In this document: positions 15,300 to 17,266 of the stretch, piece by piece
How the letters are laid out: every line of letters starts with the position of its first letter
How positions within the stretch are numbered: the stretch's first letter is position 1
Source of the DNA: a bacterium
Lineage (GTDB): Bacteria > Zhuqueibacterota > Zhuqueibacteria > Oceanimicrobiales > Oceanimicrobiaceae
DNA length: 17,266 bases
Assembly: GCA_046757025.1 (NCBI GenBank)
Contig: JBHHXN010000114.1
Span: 1-17,266, forward strand
Direction: 5' to 3'
Translations under genes and position numbers: made by a program
Notes under the pieces: model-generated
What the model saw: the letters and a program-made list of their open reading frames with translations, nothing else
What the model was told of the DNA's origin: nothing
The model's database searches: none

Positions 15300-16811
15300 A
15301 TGCCCAATTGTAAATGGATGTTACTCCCCCTACTCCTTCTCCTAAACGCCTGTGCTTCCCGTACCAAAATCGCTGCGCCGGATTTGCCAATTAACTCGGT
15401 TTCGGCGTTACACGAACGTCTGGATACTATTTTACAGGATTCCGCCCTGGCACAATCTACCGTCGGCGTCAAAGTGATTGCGCTGAAAACCGATGAAGTG
15501 TTGTACGAGAAAAACAGCCGCCTGCTGTTTCATCCGGCCTCGAATATGAAATTGTTTACCACTGCAGCGGCACTCAAAAATCTGGGGCCAAACTACAAAT
15601 TCCCAACCATCCTTTATGCTGACACCACCGCGGTTGCGGACAGCGTCGTTCACGGCAATCTATATCTGAAAGGATTTGCCAACCCCGATCTGACCACCGA
15701 GGATTTGCGCTGGATGGCGCAACAACTAAAATCGCAGGGCATCAAAAAAATAACCGGCGACTTGATTTGCGACGACAGCTATCTGGACGATTTTTACTGG
15801 GGCTGGGGCTGGATGTGGGACGACGTTTCGGCCTGGGAATGGGCGCCCATCAGCGCGCTCACCGTCGAAGATAATTGTGTGGAAGTAAAAGTCAAACCGG
15901 GCCAAAAGGTCGGCGACAGCTTGATCGTGCAGATGGAGCCGCAAACGGCCTTTATGAAAATCGTCAATTACGGCGTGACGGTAGATTCAACCGACACCAC
16001 CCGAATTGATGCATTCAAAGTGGAAAGAATCTGGCGGCCGTTGCCGGAAAATACCGTGGTCATCGAAGGCGGACGCACTCAAAAAGCCCGTCCGCGAGAA
16101 TTTACCATCGACGTTGTGAATGCCCCCCTTTATGCCGGAACATTGCTTGCAGAATTGTTGCTGAAGGAAGGTCTCGAATTTAAGGGACAGATTTTAAACG
16201 GCACGGCACCCGACACCACGATGCTGCTGGTGAAACATCTTTCCGCGCCTTTAACAGAAATCGTCATGAACACCAACAAAGTCAGCGACAATCTCTCCGC
16301 CGAGCTGCTTTTGAAAACCCTGGGTGCAGAGATTTACGGCGTTCCGGGCACCGCTAAAAAAGGCTTTTATGCCATCAACAAATTTATGCACGAAATCGGT
16401 GCGGACACCACCAGCTACAAACTGGCCGACGGTTCTGGCGTTTCCCGCTACGGCACCAACACCGCTGACAATATCCTCGCGCTGCTGAAAGCCATGTACC
16501 GCGATTTTCAAGTGCAAGCGGAATTTATGGCTTCGCTTTCCATTGCTGGTGTTGACGGCACCTTGAAAAACCGTATGCATGGCACCGCAGCCGATGGAAA
16601 AGTGCGCGCCAAAACCGGCAATCTGCGCGGAGTCAGCGCTCTCTCCGGCTTTACCAGCACCGCTTATGGCGAGCCAATAGCGTTTTCCATGCTCATGGCG
16701 CATTTTCTGGGTTCGTCTTCCAAAATAAAAAAAATTCAAGATCGCGTCGCGGTAGCACTTTCAGAATTTCGATGGAAGAGCTCGATCGGCGCTTCTGTGT
16801 TGAGTAAATGA
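15300..16811 (+). CDS. dacB: D-alanyl-D-alanine carboxypeptidase/endopeptidase PBP4 (peptidase S13), probable lipoprotein
   Basis: SxxK (PASNMKL), SxN (VSDNL) and KTG (RAKTGNL) motifs, plus DGSGVSR and AGVDGTL. Lipobox LLNA-C. ATG 15300 follows AGGA; ATG 15267 is an alternative start. Confidence 0.93.
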   Translation: MPNCKWMLLPLLLLLNACASRTKIAAPDLPINSVSALHERLDTILQDSALAQSTVGVKVIALKTDEVLYEKNSRLLFHPASNMKLFTTAAALKNLGPNYKFPTILYADTTAVADSVVHGNLYLKGFANPDLTTEDLRWMAQQLKSQGIKKITGDLICDDSYLDDFYWGWGWMWDDVSAWEWAPISALTVEDNCVEVKVKPGQKVGDSLIVQMEPQTAFMKIVNYGVTVDSTDTTRIDAFKVERIWRPLPENTVVIEGGRTQKARPREFTIDVVNAPLYAGTLLAELLLKEGLEFKGQILNGTAPDTTMLLVKHLSAPLTEIVMNTNKVSDNLSAELLLKTLGAEIYGVPGTAKKGFYAINKFMHEIGADTTSYKLADGSGVSRYGTNTADNILALLKAMYRDFQVQAEFMASLSIAGVDGTLKNRMHGTAADGKVRAKTGNLRGVSALSGFTSTAYGEPIAFSMLMAHFLGSSSKIKKIQDRVAVALSEFRWKSSIGASVLSK

Positions 16812-16920
16812 AAATACCATTTCATGAGTGACCCGTTAAAAGATCTTGCATTAATAATTCAGAATATTTAGCATTATAGTATTACTTCTGAACTTTTGCA
16901 TTTTTTTACAAGAAAATGGC

Positions 16921-17038
16921 TAAATGACGCGAAGTGAATGACACGACCCGTCATAAAGTCATCAGGTCATTTGCCTTTGGCGTCATTTTAGACAGCAGCA
17001 ATAATTCACCTCTGTCAATGACAGCGAGGCTTAATGAC
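16921..17038. repeat. Cluster of eight ATGAC/GTCAT pentamers with nested inverted symmetry
   Basis: ATGAC at 16924, 16938, 17018 and 17034; GTCAT at 16950, 16958, 16966 and 16982. AAATGACGC pairs with GCGTCATTT, and CTGTCA-A-TGACAG (17012-17024) is palindromic. Confidence 0.5.
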
Positions 17039-17208
17039 GGCTGATAATAGCACCATGGTTTGGACCACAACAAAGCAAGTCATATAAACATTTGCGGCTC
17101 CGCCGCGCTAGGATTTTGTGTTTGCTAATAAAGACCGCAAGTTTCGCAGTTAGGTAATCAATTGCTTTTAAGATATTTTTCTCAACCTGAATTTTACGGT
17201 TATCCAAT

Positions 17209-17237
17209 TTGCTCAGAAAGTGTCATTCTGCTATATT
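17209..17237 (+). promoter_or_regulatory. Possible sigma70-type promoter for a gene beyond the right edge
   Basis: TTGCTC (17209-17214), a 17-nt spacer, and TATATT (17232-17237) with an extended -10 TG at 17229-17230. Confidence 0.4.
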
Positions 17238-17266
17238 GAAAAGCAAGCCATTTTTCCATAATTTAT

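Noticed and set aside
17091..17113. TTTGCGGCTCCGCCGCGCTAGGA GC-rich hairpin
   Set aside because: It looks like the end of another repeat family, but it is a single copy with no partner in the window, so it cannot be supported.

Overview
All recognisable genes are on the + strand. The gene content (T9SS-type cargo with FlgD-Ig C-terminal domains, a PorV-family barrel, a non-SusC TonB-dependent receptor) suggests an FCB-group bacterium such as KSB1, Calditrichota or Ignavibacteria; this is inference. The left ~10 kb is a surface/uptake cluster: a partial secreted OB-fold protein, a lipoprotein, a TonB-dependent receptor, a lipoprotein that is essentially a lone FlgD-Ig/CTD domain, a PorV-like barrel, an NHL beta-propeller lipoprotein and a secreted DNase I-like (EEP) enzyme. 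Next come two bacterial-microcompartment (BMC) cargo-type enzymes, an acylating aldehyde dehydrogenase with a C-terminal encapsulation-like helix and a PduL phosphotransacylase with an extra C-terminal domain. They are separated by a BrnT/BrnA toxin-antitoxin pair whose toxin is doubly inactivated. A NUDT22-like Nudix hydrolase and dacB (PBP4) follow. My main hypothesis is an extracellular DNA-foraging locus (nuclease display plus uptake) next to the acetaldehyde-processing arm of a deoxyribose (SPU-type) microcompartment pathway. No shell genes or deoC are visible in the window. Intergenic regions hold several nested palindromic REP/MITE families, a 24-nt AGGG-bounded mini-element, and a candidate ~200-nt structured RNA upstream of the aldehyde dehydrogenase.
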